Shown piece after piece: positions 53,751 to 64,000 of a DNA stretch of 64,000 bases (position 1 is its first letter; every line of letters starts with the position of its first letter). Where the stretch lies: NCBI GenBank assembly GCA_001600695.1, contig BCKQ01000002.1:2165857-2229856 (forward strand), read 5' to 3'. Made by a program: the position numbers and the translations under genes. This DNA comes from Ascoidea asiatica JCM 7603 (Eukaryota; Fungi; Ascomycota). The notes under the pieces are model-generated. The model was given only the letters and a program-made list of their open reading frames with translations. It did no database searches and was not told where the DNA came from.

Positions 53751-53954
53751 TTGATCAATTTTAATATAATTATCTTTTAAATCAGTTGAAATCACATTAT
53801 CATCTTTATTATTAACTTGATAAGTTTTACCTAAGATTACCAATGGATTTACAAAATCATCTAAATGTAATTCTTTATTATTGCTGCTATTACTATAGTT
53901 ATTATAAAATAAATGTTGAATAACTTTTTGTATTGTTGCATTTATCGATGTCAT
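52380..53954 (-). CDS. ATG4: Autophagy cysteine protease Atg4 (peptidase C54)
   Basis: LTYR, TDCGWGCMIRTSQSLLANSL, FSIHNF, PGEWFGP, RLGIDNIN, GIAGGKPSSSFYFIG, LDPSMLIG. Confidence 0.96.
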
Positions 53955-54228
53955 TTTCTAAATACTTCTCTGAATTTCAAAGTTTACCATTAAAATTATA
54001 TCTTCTTATCGTTTTCTTTTTTTTTTGATTTTATTTTTTATTATGTTTTTGCTATTTCTTTCTGTCTTTCTTTCTTTCTTTCTCCTGCATTAAATAAACG
54101 AGAAGTAATAAACAACTTGAAATGATATTTGATTCCTGAGTATAAATAACAATCAATCACTACAAAAATAAATAATACAAATATTTATTACAGTACTGAT
54201 GCCAAAGCTGATCGAATGATTGAGCCCA

Positions 54229-54280
54229 GCGATAACCGCAGCGGAGTGTTATCGTTATCGCAAACAGTGAGCGTTATCGC
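54229..54280. promoter_or_regulatory. Four CGATAAC motifs upstream of ATG4
   Basis: GCGATAAC 54229-54236; GTTATCG 54248-54254; GTTATCGC 54254-54261 and 54273-54280. Confidence 0.5.
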
Positions 54281-54688
54281 CCGGAGAGAGTACTGAGGCA
54301 CGTGGTGCAGACTTCCGGTCAGGTCGTAAGTTGTACTTTACGAGGTTTCCGTTTTTGCTGCTTTTGCTGCTTTTGATGCTTTTGCTGCTTTTGCTGCTTC
54401 TGGTGATTGTGATCGCTTTGTTTGCTCTACAAATGCAATGTTTATTATAACTCTAGTTCTAAGAAATTTTTAAGCTAAGAAACATAATAGCTGAAGAAGA
54501 AAATATAAAACACATTATAATAAAATTACCCACAATATACATATTAATAATAAAAGTTTTGAAATGATCTTGGAAAATAAAATATAATTACAGCCAACAT
54601 GGAATGATTGAATAATTTAATAATTGAATTCATAAACATTAAAAGAGAAAAAAGAATAAATTTTAAACTAATTTATTTATTACTTGTT

Positions 54689-56833
54689 TCATTTATCATC
54701 ACTATCATTATCATTATCATTATTATTTAATTTCATTTTTTTATTGGGAATGTTATTTTCATTTTCACTATCTTCTGGTTTTCTTTTATCTCCTGAATTT
54801 GCAGTTGGCGGAGCTGTTGAAGTAGCTGAAGTAGCAGATGGAGGTTGAACTAATGGTACTTCATTGGAAGATGTTGTAGATGGTTCTTTAACTTCTTCAA
54901 TATCTAATTCTTCAAGAACTTCAAGATCATCATTATCATCATCTTCTTCATCAAGAACAAGAAAATGATCTCCCATATTTACAATTCCATCATTATCTTC
55001 ATCATTTTGTTTTTCTTGTTCTGAATTTTCATTTTTAAGTGGAACTTCTAAAACTGTTGGTAAATAAACAAATTTTTCACTACCAACAGTTTCATCTTCT
55101 AAAATATATAATTCAATATTTGCTTTGAGATCATTATCATCTTTTATACTTACAATTTCACCAGATTTAAAACCTAAAGAAAATAAAGTTCTATCTAAAT
55201 TATCTTCATATTCAATATCATAAATTAATTTATTATTACCAATAACAATACTAATATCATTATCATCTTGTTCTTCATCAAAATATTCAAAATCATCAAA
55301 AAATGATTCAATAAATACTCTTAAAGTTAATTCTGGTATATCTTTTTTTAAATTTTTAATTCTAACAATTTCTCTAAAAACTGTACAAGCTGGACAATTT
55401 TTTGAATTTTCTGATAAACTTGCACCACTCATAATATAATTACCATCATTTGAAGTAAAAACAATTTTTGGTTCTGTATAATTTTGTAAAATATCAAATT
55501 GTGTTAAAGATTGTAAAGCAGAAAATCCAGAAATTATTGCATTAGTTGTTGCAATTGCAGGTATTATATTTCCAGCAATTTGTTTTATATCAAATTTTGA
55601 TTTTAATTGAATATTAAATATATAAGATCTGATATTTGAAGCAGAAACAACAAAATTTAAAGTATCTTCATCATCTTTATCAAATTCAATAAATGAATTT
55701 AAATCATTTTTTTTTAAATCAATTAATCTTAATCTTAAAATTTTTATTGAATTAATAAAAATTGATAAATTTTCTTTTAAATTCCAAATTATTGATGGAT
55801 TTTTTAAATTTTCAATTAAAATTTTTTTTGGATTAAAATTTTTTAAAATTTCATTTTGAATATCATTATTATAAATTATTGGAATTGGAGATTTTCTTGA
55901 TTTCCATAAAGTTGTAATTTTTAATAATTTATTAATATCATCAACAAATATTTTTTGAATAATTTTTAAAGTTATTGAATTTTCAAAATCTTTATCAGAT
56001 TTATTTAATTCATTTAATTCATTTGATGATGATAAAAGATCTCTGAATTCCATTAATTCTAATTGTTCATTTTTAAGATTTTCTAATTGATCATTTTCTT
56101 TATTAATTTCTTGAATATTTGTGGTGGTGGTGGTGGTGGTGGTAGTAGTAGTATTTTCATCATTTAATTCATTTTGAATATTTTTTAAATCACTTAATTG
56201 ATTTGTATCATCAGATTCACCAAATAATTGAGGTAATAAAAAAGCTTTTGCCCAATTTATACAATGAATTGGTTGTGAAGGAGTTGATCTTATTGTACAA
56301 ACAGGAAATTGAGTTTCAACATCTTTTTTTGTACATTCATAACATTCCGATTTATAAGGTATAATTGGTAAAATTTGACCACTAAAACCAGTTGTACCAG
56401 ATTCAATAAATGGTTTTTTTAAAAATAAACAAATTTTATTAATATAAGATCTTGCATTAAAATTATCTAAAGCATTAAAAATTAAATTAAATTGATCAAA
56501 CCAATTTAAATCAAATTTTTTAAAATCCATTATATTATCAATATATGAAATTAATTCAGTTTCTTTAAATTTAAAAAAATTTACTGAATTTATTGCAACT
56601 TCAGATTTTGATTTTTTTATATCTTTTTGTCTAAATAAAAATTGTCTATTTAAATTTGATAAATCAATTGTATCTAAATCAACTAAATGAATTTCTCCAT
56701 AACCCATTAAAACTAAATCTTTTAATAATTCACAACCAATTCCACCAGCGCCAACTAATAAAATTTTTGCATCTTGAATTTCTTCAAATTTCTCAGCGCC
56801 AACAATTTGTTTTATATAAAAATCTCGAGCCAT
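54689..56833 (-). CDS. UBA2: SUMO-activating enzyme E1 subunit Uba2
   Basis: LVGAGGIGCELLK, DLDTIDLSNLNRQFLF, CYEC/CPAC zinc ligands, FPVCTIRSTPSQPIHC, FDKDDEDTLNFV, AGNIIPAIATTNA. Confidence 0.97.
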   Translation of the reverse strand: MARDFYIKQIVGAEKFEEIQDAKILLVGAGGIGCELLKDLVLMGYGEIHLVDLDTIDLSNLNRQFLFRQKDIKKSKSEVAINSVNFFKFKETELISYIDNIMDFKKFDLNWFDQFNLIFNALDNFNARSYINKICLFLKKPFIESGTTGFSGQILPIIPYKSECYECTKKDVETQFPVCTIRSTPSQPIHCINWAKAFLLPQLFGESDDTNQLSDLKNIQNELNDENTTTTTTTTTTTNIQEINKENDQLENLKNEQLELMEFRDLLSSSNELNELNKSDKDFENSITLKIIQKIFVDDINKLLKITTLWKSRKSPIPIIYNNDIQNEILKNFNPKKILIENLKNPSIIWNLKENLSIFINSIKILRLRLIDLKKNDLNSFIEFDKDDEDTLNFVVSASNIRSYIFNIQLKSKFDIKQIAGNIIPAIATTNAIISGFSALQSLTQFDILQNYTEPKIVFTSNDGNYIMSGASLSENSKNCPACTVFREIVRIKNLKKDIPELTLRVFIESFFDDFEYFDEEQDDNDISIVIGNNKLIYDIEYEDNLDRTLFSLGFKSGEIVSIKDDNDLKANIELYILEDETVGSEKFVYLPTVLEVPLKNENSEQEKQNDEDNDGIVNMGDHFLVLDEEDDDNDDLEVLEELDIEEVKEPSTTSSNEVPLVQPPSATSATSTAPPTANSGDKRKPEDSENENNIPNKKMKLNNNDNDNDSDDK

Positions 56834-58329
56834 TGAATATATATTAAACTTTTATAGATACTTATATTGTTATTTATTGGAATTGACTATTGATTGATTA
56901 TCCTTTTGACTATTAATCGACAATTAAATGATTGATTGATTGAACGTTTCTATTATTCAATAGTCAATTAATACTCATTCGACTTATTTGACTGAGAGTT
57001 CCCATGGAAAGTAAACAAGAAGTGGTAAAATTAAAGGAACTTCAACAATAATAACAATAATAAAGATAGTAACAATAACAATGCCAGTGCTAACAGTGCT
57101 TAACGCTGTGAAAGCGAAGATTCAAAAAGACGCGACAAAAACAAAACCAGTGCCATGGATGCATGCGAGTGTATGTGTGCTGACTCAGCACTAATCCACA
57201 TCCGTACACCGCTTTTTTTATCTTTTTTGTTTCCGAAATTGGAATCAAGGAGACCCGCGGTTGTGGTCTCTGTTTTGAAACTGCCCTGGTCACGGGGTAT
57301 TCCATGTTAAATTCATTTCGGAACTCAGCCCTGAAATAAAAAAATACTAAGAAAATTGGAAAAAAATGAAAAAAAATGAAAGAAAAAGTAGGCGATGATT
57401 TAAAAGCTTCAATTTTTATTCTCTTTTAATGCATTTCTCATATTCTTTTTTCTTTTTTCTTTTTTTCTTCTTCTTTTTTTATCATTAATGTGAAACAATT
57501 CTATTTTATGCTAATATTTTAATATTTGTTTTCGATACTTTTGTATCTTTCCATATATTCATAAAATACTTTTCTTGTAATTGGTTCACTAAATTAAATT
57601 ATTCACTTTGTTTGAGTCGGTTTATTTATTATAGTCAAAATGGGCCGATATAGAAAATAGTGAACATCTTCAATACTTTAAAAATCATTTGATTAGATAT
57701 TATTTGAGTACAATAAAAAAAAAAGAAAAAGACCTTTTTATTGATTTCTCAATAAAGAGTAGTTTGAACGTTATTTTTCCACAATTGCTTTGAAATTGTT
57801 AAAAAATTATGATCATTTAACTATAATTTTAATGATTTAAAGCTATAAGCCTTCTATTAGGTTGAATACTATTGAAGTAAAATCCAGATATACCTCTTTT
57901 TAGCATGGTTCTTTTTACCAAATATATGTTTTTATAAGACATTTTATCCTTGCTGGTTGTATTTCAATTCATTGGCATTTTCTGATTTTTCTTTTTTTGG
58001 CTTATATTTTATTCTTCTAGTATTTTTCTATTCATTATCTTATATATCATTTTATTTTTTGAGATTTATATTTCTTTTAAAAAACAACATATCTTTTACA
58101 ATGACTTAAATCTTTTCTTACATATACTAAATTTTTAATCGAATTCGATGATCATGAAATAACTCATTTCCAGAATATTTTTCTTTATGCAAATATATTC
58201 AAACATACTATATATATAAATATCTTAGATATTTCTCTTTTCTTTTTTAATATCCAAAATTATTCTCAAAAATATTCAATTTTAAATAGCCAATAGAATT
58301 CAAAAATTAATAAAATAAAATAATGAAAA

Positions 58330-58497
58330 ATGGTGGAATCTAAATTAAATTTATTAGATTTTCCTTTAAATGATAATCAATTCAGAGATATGTTAAATTT
58401 TTGGTTATGTTGTAAATGTCGAACAGAAAATGCAATTCCAACTGATTCAATTTGTGAATTTTGTAATCATAATCCTTGTGATAATTGTAAATCTTAA
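58330..58497 (+). CDS. 55-aa Cys-rich zinc-finger microprotein (below the ORF-track cutoff)
   Basis: MVESKLNLLDFPLNDNQFRDMLNFWLCCKCRTENAIPTDSICEFCNHNPCDNCKS; AAAAATGG start context; TATATATAAA ~115 bp upstream. Confidence 0.75.
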   Translation: MVESKLNLLDFPLNDNQFRDMLNFWLCCKCRTENAIPTDSICEFCNHNPCDNCKS

Positions 58498-59009
58498 AAA
58501 GATTGAAAAAAAAATCAAAAATACAATATATTTTTACATCACTACTTCTTCTGTAATATAATATTCCTTTTTCTTCTTTTAAATATCTTCAATGAATTTC
58601 AAATGCTCTCAATTTTAACCAATACTCTTTATCACTAAACAATAGTCATTTATTGGTTTAAAAAATTTGAGACCCATTATCTATCAAATCTTATTATTTT
58701 CTAAATATTAAATATTTTTGGACTCTATTCATCTATAAAAATTTATTAAAACTTATCAAAACTTACCAACACTATTCATTCAAGTTTGAATCATTTTCTT
58801 TATTATCCTGCTTTTTTTATATTTATAATATAAATATATACACAGTTTTTGTTTTATATATAATTATATTGAAATTTCCATTAATTTTACAAAATATCTT
58901 TAAAATATTTTGAAATGTAAAAAAAAAAATAACTTTCATATACTTTTTTGCTTAAATTTTTAACAAAATTAAAAACTAGGAATATTCAAATAATTCACAT
59001 TTTTCAAAA

Positions 59010-59480
59010 ATGGGTAAAAAAAATTCAAATTCAACTAATATCAATAGAAAGAATAACAATAAGAATATTAATAAGAAAAAAATAAAAAATTTAGATTCAA
59101 AAGCAATAAGAACTAAAAAAATTCATGATAATATAGAAACAATAAAATTAATTTTTATGGTTTTAATTATTTCTTTTTGTTTTTTATTATTACCTTTAAG
59201 TTTATCTGAAAGTTTAGAATCAAAAAATAATCAATTTTTATCATTCATAATTTTTTTTGCTCATTTATTTATTGCAACTAAATTTTGTTCAATGGATCAA
59301 AGAAAAGCAATGATTTATTCATATCCATTTTGTGTTTTACCTTCTTATATTTATGGAATTTTAATAACTAAATTAACTAAAAATATTTCTGATTTTTATT
59401 TTAAAGGATATTCTATGTGTACATTAGTTACTTCAATTTCTTGGATTTATGAATTATATAAAAATTACTTATCTTTATAA
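59010..59480 (+). CDS. Hypothetical small multi-pass membrane protein
   Basis: 156 aa; basic N-terminus followed by ~4 hydrophobic segments; AAAAATGG context; no family recognised. Confidence 0.6.
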   Translation: MGKKNSNSTNINRKNNNKNINKKKIKNLDSKAIRTKKIHDNIETIKLIFMVLIISFCFLLLPLSLSESLESKNNQFLSFIIFFAHLFIATKFCSMDQRKAMIYSYPFCVLPSYIYGILITKLTKNISDFYFKGYSMCTLVTSISWIYELYKNYLSL

Positions 59481-60567
59481 TAATCTATTTTTTCTTCAAA
59501 TTTCTTTTCCATTAATATGATTGGAAAAATAAACGTGCATTTTAACGAAAAAATAGTTATTATTAGTTAGTTGGATTACTTATTAATAAATTATTCATAG
59601 TTTCAAAAAAAAAATTTAAAGCGATCTCACTCAAGAATGAATTTCCATTGAAATATATATCAATTAATCTTGTAACCAATTTTTGTTGAAGTGCTAATCA
59701 AAAAGATAATTTCTTCTTGTGTGATAGCCCAGGATTCATTTGATGTTGACTTATCAATTGAAAATTGACAATAATATTACTTAAAAGAATAAAGGAAACT
59801 TAATAAAACTTTATGACATTGAAATTGAATTAGAGAATAATTGTTTTCTTGATGATTTCTCTTCTTTTATATCTTTTTTTTCAATTATGAAAGAAAAGAT
59901 TTATGCCAGTTTTTTTTATTTTATAACCCCTCCAGAAAACTTTCTTCCTTTATCTCCCTGTGATTAACCATTGTTCTCGAGAATATATATGTTTATCTGA
60001 TACAAATAACAAGTCAATTGTGATCAGTTTCAAAAGCTGATTTGAAATATTCGATTTATTCAATTCTTTTCACAAGTTATTCGATCTATTCTTTTATTTG
60101 TTACAATTTCACTATCCCAAAATAAGGAGGGTAATAACGAACATTACCGCATAATGTTTATTATATTTGCCATTCTACCGGGTGATACCCAGATGCATAA
60201 AATAGAATCAATACAATAGGAATGAATATGTTTATTATAATTTCAACAATAATCTCATACAAAACAAAATAGAAATAAAAAAAAAAAAGTAAGAATTTTA
60301 ACAAAAACAAATAAACAAAAGAACACACAATTAAATTAAAAGTAATCTGAACTCCAGATCACAGTAAACCAAATAATCAATTTTTAGACAACAAAAAACA
60401 TACACAAACATAAACATAAACACATAAACACATATAATATAGAATGTAGAAATAGTAATACCGATTAAAACAAATCTTGGGGAATTATTTTTTCTATTTC
60501 AAACAATAACAAAAACAATTTTTTTTGAATTTTAGTTAAATTTTTTTAGTTTTTTTAGTTTTTCTTT

Positions 60568-61752
60568 TCAAGGAAGATTTTTTTCTAAAGAATTTAAAGC
60601 AAAAAGAGCACATCTTTTAGAGGCATCTTGAAAATCCCAACCAGTACCAGTACTTAATTGAACTTTCTTACCACTTGATAAAATATAATAACATTTAACA
60701 AAAACAGGTCCATTACTTGAATCATTCATTGTAAATTCTTCAATATTAATACTTTTCTTGAATTTACATTTTAAATAATTTAATGCAAATGACTTATCAT
60801 GGGCGGATTTTAAGGATCCAAAATTTCTTGTTTTCAAAGTCTTGGTTTTATCTTCAGTTAATAAATTATTTTTGATTGTTAAATTATCCAAATATGAATT
60901 GATTGTTTCAATAATAGTATTAGAATGACGGTGAATAGATTTTAATAGTTTTTCTTTAGCTTCCTCTTTTGAATTTCCTGTTTTCGATAATATAGACATA
61001 TTATAAACAATTAATGAAGCTTTGAATTCTAATTCACCTGTAGAAATTGATTTTCTTTTGCAAAATTTAAATTTAATAGCAAGTTTAATTCCATTAATTT
61101 CAATATATTCACCTTTACTTTTACTATTAGTTTTATTTTTAATTTCAAAAGCTGTATTTAAAAGTTTTTCATTAAAAAAGTCATTCATTTGATTTATGGA
61201 TGAAAATTTATGAATATTTTTATGATTTAATCTAATCTCATCTTCTATTAAATTTTGAATCCATAAAAATAATCCATCACTTCTCTCAAATATTAATTTA
61301 CCAATTAATAGTTTGAAAATCATCAAAAGTTTAATATCTCCATCATGATAATCATTATATTCATCTGTAAATTTACTTAATCTGTAAACCTTTGACCATT
61401 TAACATATTGTTCTCTTGATAAAAGTATTTTAATTAATTTAAATTTCTCAATATTTGAAATTTGATATTGATTTAAAATTAAATTAACTGAATTTTTAAA
61501 AGTTTTTGATGTTAAATCAATTAATGAATCTCTGAATTTGGTATCAATATTTGCTTTGTTCTTTTCATCAAAAATAAGCAAACCTTTTACAATTAATGGA
61601 GTAATATATGTCTTCAAAGTTTGAAAACATAAATTTTCATCAGAGCATTCAACTTCAGCTTCATCTTCATTTTGGATTTCAAAAAGAAACTTTTCTTTGG
61701 GAGAAGTGAATTTTGAGTTTAATTTATAGTTTAAAAGAGTTTTATTAGCCAT
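60568..61752 (-). CDS. Degenerate RNase III domain + two dsRBD-like domains (inactive Dicer/Rnt1-like protein)
   Basis: ENLCFQTLK at the ERLEFLGDS position; LLSREQYVKWSKVYRL...LMIFKLLIGKLIFER...LWIQNL matches the RNase III C-terminal helices; FKASLIV...GNSKEEAKEKL and LSTGTGWDFQDASKRCALFAL are dsRBD-like endings. Confidence 0.6.
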   Translation of the reverse strand: MANKTLLNYKLNSKFTSPKEKFLFEIQNEDEAEVECSDENLCFQTLKTYITPLIVKGLLIFDEKNKANIDTKFRDSLIDLTSKTFKNSVNLILNQYQISNIEKFKLIKILLSREQYVKWSKVYRLSKFTDEYNDYHDGDIKLLMIFKLLIGKLIFERSDGLFLWIQNLIEDEIRLNHKNIHKFSSINQMNDFFNEKLLNTAFEIKNKTNSKSKGEYIEINGIKLAIKFKFCKRKSISTGELEFKASLIVYNMSILSKTGNSKEEAKEKLLKSIHRHSNTIIETINSYLDNLTIKNNLLTEDKTKTLKTRNFGSLKSAHDKSFALNYLKCKFKKSINIEEFTMNDSSNGPVFVKCYYILSSGKKVQLSTGTGWDFQDASKRCALFALNSLEKNLP

Positions 61753-63510
61753 TTTATTTAATTAAAATTTAAAATTATCAGTCCAATTTTTTAGTAATAT
61801 AATCAGATTAATCTTTTTGATGATATTTAAAAAAATGAAAGATATTTTTAATTTGAAACGAAGATTCGCCTCTTCATTTATAATCCTTTCATTTTTATGA
61901 TTTTTCACTTGACTTTTAGAACCCATACTATTGGGCTGCTTCTTTTTTCAAAGATGTAATAAAATCGCTGGAATTCAGATAGAAGAATAGGGGTTGCAAA
62001 AATTTTTATTACTATCACTATGATAGGTCATCTTGTGATATTCATAATTCATTCTTTTTCAGGAATAAGTCATTAAAAAATAAAATTAGATTGCAGTTGC
62101 CATTGGAAACAATAGAATTATTTTTTATTTTGTATATATCAAATATACCAAGATTAGCCATTCATAGCTTACCAATTCATAACTTAGTGATTCATGGATT
62201 ACTAAAGAACATATAAGAATAAATATTATGATATATCTGATTAATATCAACCAATAAAGCCTTTGTCATATTTACTTTTAAACTGGATCATCTAACTGCC
62301 CCACCTTTAAAGTGGAATCTAACAAGTAATCATATGACTTCTTGGAATCTATTAAAAATAAATAGAAGTATTTCTTATAATTCAGCTTTCAAGAAAAAAA
62401 AGAGAGCCAAATTCCCAAGCAAAGTGGATTTTCAGAGAGATCATAATATCACCACAATATTTGATTATTTACGCAAGCATAAAAGGATTACCCTTGAATC
62501 ATACAATCCATGATTTTAAAAGTTTCATTGTAAGCTTATTGAAGTATATTTTGTTCTTTAAAACCTGGAGAGAATAGTACAGATATTTTACCTGCAATTT
62601 TTTTCCCCTTTCTATTATGATTAGCCTGTTTGTTTTCTTGCAATTATCCATCCTAAAGCTTCCAATTGAACTACTTAAAGGAGAAAACAGTAACCTATTT
62701 ACTAATAGCACTCAGTGTATTAGTTACAATTTAAAACCATATTAAGGCTAAAGTAAAAACACAAAATACCGACTTGTTTTTGCATGCTTGAAGCTAAAAA
62801 TATTACTTTTTATGACCATAAACCACAAATCAAAACCACCATAAAAAACTAGTAGAAATAATAGAAGAGTTTTCCTAACCTAGTTAATTCTAACAAGTAG
62901 CCCATTAATTTATTTGCCAAATATCCTTTGACTGATTGTCATAAAAATAAATCATCAAATGGCCACTAATAGTATTCTTTTTTTCCTTTCACAACCAGGA
63001 CTAGTTTAGACAATGCTGAATTAAAGGGTCTTCTTTTAAAACATAGGGCTTTGTTTCTGAAATCGAGAGCCCTCGTTTCCAGGGCTTTTGCACCCTGCCA
63101 AGGAATGAACTGAAGGCTATCGGCTATGATTTTTTTCATAAAGTGTATAGATAAGATAGACAGTAGATTATAGAATATTTATACTGAAATACAATAATGT
63201 ATCTTGGTCAAATGAAATGGAAGTTTTTAAAAATAAAGATATTTGTATTGAATCCCAAAATAGGCTATATATAGAAAGCTATTAAATTATTAATTCATTC
63301 TTCATTTCAAAAACCAAACAAAATAAAAAAGTTAAAGAAATGAAGAGAATTGGAATTAAATATTGTTTAGAAGAAAATGAAAATTAAAAGTTAGAATCCA
63401 TATAGGTATATTACCTCATTAAAAGTATCATGAAGTCATTATTCATATAAATAGTAAAGAAAAATTGTAAAAAGGGAAAAATGGAAATTATTACATGAAA
63501 GAATTTTCAT

Positions 63511-64000
63511 CTAAACTTGAGTTTCACCTGAAGCTCTTGGAGAAAAATCATCATTAACCTCTTTTGAAGCTGGAACAGTACCAGAAGCATTTTGCTCTTG
63601 TTGATTTTCTTCAACTGGAGAAATTCCTTTATTGAAAAGGAAAGTAAGACAAGCTGGAACTAAAATAAATTGACAAACATCTAAAACACCATAAAAGGCA
63701 GTTTCAGAATCTGGTTGAATAACATTACCACCTTCAGAAAGACCCCAAGCAATTGGATATAAAATCCATAATAAAGATAAAAATGAATGAACAAAAATAA
63801 CTTTTTTGTTTGATTTTTGAATAGAAATTAATCTATGAAATGATAAAAATAAAACTAATAATAAAGCAGTTGTTGCAAAGGTAAAATAACCCCATTTATA
63901 AGTTGAATGAATTAAAGCACCGATTAATAAACCAAGAACAAAAACTTCAATTGAAACTAATTGAACCCATAATTGAGTTAAAGTTTTGAAATTATAATCA
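63511..64000 (-). CDS. HSP30: Opsin-related 7TM stress protein Hsp30 (3' part; continues beyond the window)
   Basis: GALIHSTYKWGYFTF, LYPIAWGLSEGGNVIQPDSETAFYGVLD, tail SPRASGETQV*; the retinal-binding Lys position is F (DVCQF). Stop at 63511-63513. Confidence 0.85.
   Translation of the reverse strand, partial: DYNFKTLTQLWVQLVSIEVFVLGLLIGALIHSTYKWGYFTFATTALLLVLFLSFHRLISIQKSNKKVIFVHSFLSLLWILYPIAWGLSEGGNVIQPDSETAFYGVLDVCQFILVPACLTFLFNKGISPVEENQQEQNASGTVPASKEVNDDFSPRASGETQV

Noticed and set aside
5226-53954. ATG2 and ATG4 as an autophagy gene cluster
   Set aside because: More than 40 kb and many unrelated genes apart.
63511-64000. Light-sensing rhodopsin
   Set aside because: The helix-G Schiff-base Lys is absent (DVCQF); it is the Hsp30 opsin-related type.

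Overview
Very AT-rich, nearly intron-free budding-yeast (Saccharomycotina) chromosome segment whose proteins are rich in poly-Asn tracts. Recognisable core genes: VOA1, TAF11, ATG2, a probable LRS4/Mde4 monopolin subunit, CIR2 (ETF-QO), a PDR/CDR ABC transporter, tRNA-Lys(UUU) with intron, a Zn2Cys6 transcription factor, a ketopantoate-reductase-family gene, BEM46, ANY1, ATG4, UBA2 and the 3' part of HSP30. Three accessory areas stand out. (1) 12.7-13.9 kb: a chromosomal secreted protein aligning by eye to the alpha, gamma and beta regions of K1 killer preprotoxin, with altered cysteines and Kex2 sites. (2) 23.9-40.2 kb: three copies (two intact, one pseudogene) of an unrecognised small cationic 12-residue-repeat protein gene. 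Two copies lie in a diverged direct duplication, each followed by F-box-like or LRR debris, that brackets a 1048-aa orphan ORF, carries a ~370-bp insertion with an 8-bp flanking duplication, and ends next to the tRNA gene. (3) 58-62 kb: a 55-aa zinc-finger microprotein missed by the ORF track, an orphan membrane protein and an apparently catalytically dead RNase III + two-dsRBD (Dicer-like) protein. All homology calls come from motif recognition and remembered reference sequences; no searches were run.
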